Source: an uncultured Sulfurospirillum sp. (GTDB taxonomy: Bacteria > Campylobacterota > Campylobacteria > Campylobacterales > Sulfurospirillaceae). Taken from it: 64,000 nucleotides of DNA. Each line of letters starts with the position of its first letter. Within the stretch, counting starts at the first letter, position 1. Shown here piece by piece: positions 59,512 through 64,000 of this stretch. Position numbers and translations under genes: made by a program. The notes under the pieces are model-generated. The model saw nothing but the letters and a program-made list of their open reading frames with translations. It was not told where the DNA came from and did no database searches. The DNA lies in NCBI GenBank assembly GCA_964466465.1, contig CAYXNJ010000003.1:960-64959 (forward strand), given 5' to 3'.

Positions 59512-60647
59512 TGTGCTTTACCTAGCGTTGTAGTAACATCCACAACACGCACTACGTCACCAACACGTACTTTATTGACACCTTCAACAATGACACGCTC
59601 TCCTGCATTTAAACCACTATTCACAAGCCATGTATCGCCTATTGCTCGCTCTGTTACCACAACACGTTTTTCAACTTTGTTATCTGCGGTAACAATGAGT
59701 GCTGTTGCATTGCCTTTAGGATCACGCTGGATAGCTTGTTGTGGAACTAAAATAGCGGCAGAATTAACCGCTTCATCTACAAGTGTGCGCACATACATAC
59801 CTGGGAGTAACACGCCATCAGGGTTAGGAAACGTGGCACGAAGCGTCACAGAACCTGTACTTTCATCGACTGCAATCTCTTGAAATTGAAGTGTGCCATT
59901 TTGTTTATACATGGAGCCATCTTCCAGTTTAAGAGCAAGTTTGGTACTACCTTGTTTGATACCTTGTTGTTCTAAAAGTGCTCGAAGTTTTAAGAGCTGC
60001 GTGCTTGATTGGGTAAGGTCAACATAAATAGGATCAAGGGTACGAATGGTAGCGAGTGCTGTGGTTTGGTTCGCCGTTACGAGTGCACCAACCGTGACAC
60101 TTGATGTACCGATACGCCCACTAATAGGCGCTTTAATTTTGGTGTATTCTAGATTGATACGGGCTGTTTGAAGGGCTGCTTTTTTCGCTTCAACACTAGC
60201 AACCGCTTGTAAATAGCTTGCTTTGGCATCTTCCATATCTTGTTTAGAAACACCATCAATTTTCACAAGATCAGTATAACGTTCACTTTTTAAGCGCGTG
60301 GATTCAACCAGGGCTTCTGCATTTTGAAGGGTTGCTTTAGCTTCTTCAAAAGCAGCTTGGTACGAACTTGGATCAATCTGATACAGCAACACATCTTTTT
60401 TAACAAAAGCGCCCTCTTCAAAGAAACGCGCCTGAATAATTCCTCCTACTTGAGGACGGATTTCAGAACTGAGTGTTGCTTTAGTTCGCCCCGGTAACTC
60501 ACGTGTTAAGGTCACATTTTGAGCACTAAGCGTATAAGTACCTACTTCCACAGTCATGGCAGATTTCGTAGGTTTACTCTGCTGTGAACACCCTAGCCAT
60601 AAAAGAGGAAGTACTAAAAGAAGAAGTTTTAGAGTTTTTACTATCAT
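59508..60647 (-). CDS. RND membrane fusion protein (AcrA-like)
   Basis: Lipobox LGC; EIRPQVGG, APISGRIG and VDESTGS motifs. Confidence 0.93.
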   Translation of the reverse strand: MIVKTLKLLLLVLPLLWLGCSQQSKPTKSAMTVEVGTYTLSAQNVTLTRELPGRTKATLSSEIRPQVGGIIQARFFEEGAFVKKDVLLYQIDPSSYQAAFEEAKATLQNAEALVESTRLKSERYTDLVKIDGVSKQDMEDAKASYLQAVASVEAKKAALQTARINLEYTKIKAPISGRIGTSSVTVGALVTANQTTALATIRTLDPIYVDLTQSSTQLLKLRALLEQQGIKQGSTKLALKLEDGSMYKQNGTLQFQEIAVDESTGSVTLRATFPNPDGVLLPGMYVRTLVDEAVNSAAILVPQQAIQRDPKGNATALIVTADNKVEKRVVVTERAIGDTWLVNSGLNAGERVIVEGVNKVRVGDVVRVVDVTTTLGKAQ

Positions 60648-60761
60648 ACAAATTCCTTATTTATTATGAACGTTATTGTATCCCTCTTATGTTAACCAAA
60701 CCTTGCAAAAAAAGACTCAAAGCGTGGTAAAATGCTTTAAATTCTTTAATGAGGAATATCA

Positions 60762-61190
60762 GTGATCATTGAATGGAGTGAGCGTTTTAGCCTACATCAT
60801 GACGTACTTGATGCGCAACACCAAGAACTGTTTGAACTTGCAAACGCTGCACAAAAACTTGACCCCAATAATGCCAACAAAGCAGAACTTTCCAGACTTT
60901 TTAAAGAGTTTTATGACTATATGGGAAAACATTTTAAAGAAGAAGAGGCGTACATGCAAAGCATCGACTACCCTCTGTATGAAAAACATAAAAAATTCCA
61001 TGAAAGCATTATTGAGGGAATGACCAAAATATTAAAAGAGAAAAAAGGCGTTGTTGAACTTCAAAAAAGCATTCAGATGATCGCCAAAAAATGGCTTGCT
61101 GAACATATCTTGGAAAACGATCTTCAAATTGAAAAATGGCGCAAAAGTAACATCGTTACGGATGAAGACTTGCATGGGAGCCTTTCTTAA
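60762..61190 (+). CDS. Bacteriohemerythrin
   Basis: D.QH, HFKEEEAYM, YP.Y..H...H and WL.EHI...D di-iron ligand pattern. Confidence 0.88.
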   Translation: MIIEWSERFSLHHDVLDAQHQELFELANAAQKLDPNNANKAELSRLFKEFYDYMGKHFKEEEAYMQSIDYPLYEKHKKFHESIIEGMTKILKEKKGVVELQKSIQMIAKKWLAEHILENDLQIEKWRKSNIVTDEDLHGSLS

Positions 61191-61191
61191 A

Positions 61192-61881
61192 TTATTTGGG
61201 GACAACGGTCGTAAACCCTAACGCAAGCCAATCTTGCAATCCTCCTCTGTACCATAACAATTTTTCCCTCGGATAGCCCATTTTTATGAGTTTTTCAATC
61301 GCTAAGCGTGACTGAACACACCAAATGCCATTGCAAAAGAGCAATGCAGTTTTAGCATGACTAAAATCGTAGGTTTCTCCTATTTTTCGAAACCCCAACA
61401 ACGCTTGTACACGCTCAAAATCCTCAGGAATTGCCGCATCGTATTCGATCTCATCAAAAGGAATATTGACACTACTGGGTAGAGTCATCTGCTCATACCA
61501 ATCACGTTTTCGCGCATCGACTAAAATATATGCCGATGGATTGACATTGAGTTTATTTTTAATAAAATCAAGTACTTCCACTTCACCTACCGTAATAACA
61601 CCTTGCGCAAAGCTCATCGGTTGGGCTTTTCCTACAGTCGTTACAAAACTTTTTTGGCATAAAGGCGGAACATTTTTACCCGCATAATCACCGCTAAAGA
61701 CAGCTTCTGGATTGATGCCAACACCATTACACTCCTTTGGTGTTTTTCGCTCAATAAACACTTCTTGCGCTTTTCCATTATCCATCATATGCGTTGTTTT
61801 TACACCTGTGAGTTGTAAAACCATTGGGTTTTCAGCCCAAAGTGCACCCATGAGAAACAGTACTAAAATGAGGATACGCAT
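61192..61881 (-). CDS. Periplasmic rhodanese-domain protein
   Basis: Signal peptide; LVDAR, LFCNGIWCVQS active-site loop and WYRGG..DW motifs. Confidence 0.85.
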   Translation of the reverse strand: MRILILVLFLMGALWAENPMVLQLTGVKTTHMMDNGKAQEVFIERKTPKECNGVGINPEAVFSGDYAGKNVPPLCQKSFVTTVGKAQPMSFAQGVITVGEVEVLDFIKNKLNVNPSAYILVDARKRDWYEQMTLPSSVNIPFDEIEYDAAIPEDFERVQALLGFRKIGETYDFSHAKTALLFCNGIWCVQSRLAIEKLIKMGYPREKLLWYRGGLQDWLALGFTTVVPK

Positions 61882-61970
61882 CTGTAACTCCTAGCGGATT
61901 AGTAGAATTATAGTAATCCTTTTAAAATTTAAAAGAGTCAAAAAAAATATGTTATACTTTTTTTCAAAGG

Positions 61971-62393
61971 ATGCCCATGTTAGAGCCTGCTATTACAGCT
62001 TTTTTGAAGAAACATCACCTGCTAAGCTTGTGCACATCTTATGACAATATGCCTTATTGTGCTTCATGCTTTTACGCTTTTCTTGAAGAGAGTGCGACGT
62101 TTGTCATCGCCACCGATGTCACCAAAACAAGGCACGGGCGCGAAGCCATAGAAAATGCTCACGTTGCGGGAACAGTTGCGCTAGAGACAAAACTGGTAGG
62201 AAAAATTCAAGGGGTGCAATTTACAGGGATTTTCAAAGAAGCAAATGAGGTAGAGAAAAAAGCCTATTTCAAGCGCTTTCCCTATGCGTTAGCGATGCAG
62301 CCAGAGCTTTGGAGTATCAAAGTCAACTATCTAAAATTTACCGATAACACACTTGGGTTTGGCAAAAAATTGGAGTTTTTTGCCTCCAATTAA
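61971..62393 (+). CDS. PNPOx-like (YhbP) flavin-binding family protein
   Basis: PYCASCFY, TRHG, VAGTV, IQGVQF and DNTLGFGKK motifs. Confidence 0.8.
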   Translation: MPMLEPAITAFLKKHHLLSLCTSYDNMPYCASCFYAFLEESATFVIATDVTKTRHGREAIENAHVAGTVALETKLVGKIQGVQFTGIFKEANEVEKKAYFKRFPYALAMQPELWSIKVNYLKFTDNTLGFGKKLEFFASN

Positions 62394-62413
62394 TGCCAAA
62401 TCTTTTTGAGTGA

Positions 62414-63619
62414 TTATAAATTAATCGGCTCGTCTGAACATGCCGCTGTAAAGACAACATCCGTTGAGCTATTCAGCGCTGTTTCTGCAGAGTCTTGCAC
62501 CACACCGATTAAGAAACCAACCGCAACGACTTGCATCGCGATCTCATCGCTAATACCAAAAAGACCACATGCAAGAGGAATCAGAAGAAGTGATCCACCT
62601 GCAACACCTGAAACACCCGCTGCTGCAATACTCGCTACCAAACTAAGCAGTAACGCTGTTGGAAGATCAACAGAGATGCCCAACGTATTGACTGCTGCTA
62701 ATGTTAAAATCGTAATGGTAATCGCAGCACCTGCCATATTCGCCGTTGCACCGAGTGGAATCGAGATAGAGTAGGTATCTTCATGAAGTCCTAGTTTTTT
62801 ACACAAGGCCATATTCACAGGAATATTCGCCGCTGAACTTCGTGTAAAGAATGCGGTTACGCCGCTCTCTCTAAGACATGTAAGAACCAATGGGAAAGGG
62901 TTGCGTTTTGTTTTGATATAGACAATTGCTGGGTTAACCACAAGGGCTACAAACAACATAGTACCTACTAAAAGAACCAACAATTTGCCGTATCCAAGAA
63001 GTGCTGCAAAACCTGTCTCTGCAAAGGTTTCAGCTACAAGACCCATAATACCAAATGGTGCTAATTTGATAACCGCTTGAACGATTTTAGTCATCGCATC
63101 ACTCGTATCTTTTAAGACTTGTTTGGTGGTATTGCTACTGAAATGAAGCGCTAGACCTGCTGCAACAGCCCATGTTAACACACCAATATAATTGCCCTTT
63201 AAGAGTGCGTTCACTGGATTGTCCACCATACTAATGATAAAACCTTTGATAACCCCAACAATGCTCTGAGGAGGTGTTAAGCCAGCCTCTGGAGTCGTCA
63301 GTACTAATGTTACAGGAAACGAAAAACTGACAACAACCGCAATCAGTGCAGCCAAAAATGTTCCTATAGCATAGAGTTGAACAATCGGCTTAATGTTTGT
63401 CGAAACACCAACAGGTTTTGTAGCAATCGCGGTAGCGACTAAAACCAGTACTAAGACAGGCGCAACAGCTTTTAACGCTTTAACAAACAGCGTTCCAAGA
63501 ATAGAAACAGCCTGTGCAGCTGTAGGAGAGACAAGAGCGATACAAACGCCCAAGACCATACCAATGAGAATGAGAACAATAAGATTGCTCTCTTTATACT
63601 TTGCGACTAAACGCTCCAT
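62414..63619 (-). CDS. sstT: Serine/threonine:Na+ symporter
   Basis: [28 protein letters not shown] and [13 protein letters not shown] motifs. Confidence 0.93.
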   Translation of the reverse strand: MERLVAKYKESNLIVLILIGMVLGVCIALVSPTAAQAVSILGTLFVKALKAVAPVLVLVLVATAIATKPVGVSTNIKPIVQLYAIGTFLAALIAVVVSFSFPVTLVLTTPEAGLTPPQSIVGVIKGFIISMVDNPVNALLKGNYIGVLTWAVAAGLALHFSSNTTKQVLKDTSDAMTKIVQAVIKLAPFGIMGLVAETFAETGFAALLGYGKLLVLLVGTMLFVALVVNPAIVYIKTKRNPFPLVLTCLRESGVTAFFTRSSAANIPVNMALCKKLGLHEDTYSISIPLGATANMAGAAITITILTLAAVNTLGISVDLPTALLLSLVASIAAAGVSGVAGGSLLLIPLACGLFGISDEIAMQVVAVGFLIGVVQDSAETALNSSTDVVFTAACSDEPINL

Positions 63620-63719
63620 AAAAACCTTCCTTACTCAAAATGTGTGTACTCATATTAATCTTTTTTTAAATTAAGAGACTAATAATATAAAAAAGGTTCT
63701 TACGTGTGCGTTAAATGTA

Positions 63720-64000
63720 TTAGAGTTTTGAAATATCGAGTTTTAATGCGTCATTGCTCATCACACCAATGCCCGATTTTAGGATATTTTGGGCTATTTC
63801 ATGCGCTTCAGAAAGTGAGTGCATCTTATACGTTCCACACTGATACACATTGAGTTCAGGAATGTCATTTTCACTCTTTACACCTAATATATCTTCCATT
63901 GCAGCCTTCCATGCAGTTACAACGCGCTCTTCGTTTGGTGTACCAATAAGGCTCATATAAAACCCTGTGCGGCATCCCATCGGTGAAATATCAATAATCT
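63720..64000 (-). CDS. luxS: S-ribosylhomocysteine lyase, C-terminal part (5' end outside window)
   Basis: [15 protein letters not shown] and [10 protein letters not shown] motifs. Confidence 0.95.
   Translation of the reverse strand, partial: IIDISPMGCRTGFYMSLIGTPNEERVVTAWKAAMEDILGVKSENDIPELNVYQCGTYKMHSLSEAHEIAQNILKSGIGVMSNDALKLDISKL

Noticed and set aside
60675-60707. TGCAAG-N5-GTTAAC-N10-TACAAT at the RND promoter as a Pho box
   Set aside because: The spacing fits, but the half-sites match only 4/6 and 3/6; it may be chance or belong to another regulator.

Overview
64-kb chromosomal window from a Campylobacterota bacterium, most likely Sulfurospirillum-like (inferred from CiaB, diheme PetC, dimeric dUTPase and LuxS). 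Bases 1-4153 are the tnsA-proximal part of a Tn7-like transposon: tnsA-tnsB-tnsC(TniB-type)-tniQ on the minus strand. tniQ is absent from the ORF track because it runs off the window edge. The element has a TGTTGATA terminus at 4153 and two TnsB-type sites, and sits 110 bp upstream of petABC. The rest is mostly core genome: petABC, accA-fabF-acpP-fabG, gpmI, mraY-murD, tRNA-Phe, biotin carboxylase, ciaB, queCED, dut, an RND pump, sstT and luxS. Interleaved with these is a dispersed phosphate-starvation module: pit, pstSCAB, phoU-phoB-phoR, an OlsF-like ornithine-lipid synthase and a PIN-PhoH/PlcP-like/patatin operon. Four promoters share the geometry YGTWAC-N5-YG(TA/AT)AT-N10-TAYAAT, and a fifth copy lies reversed in the pit leader. 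This suggests a PhoB-controlled membrane-remodelling circuit (strip phospholipids, build ornithine lipids). No CRISPR array or cas gene is visible. All calls are by eye from motifs; no database searches were run.
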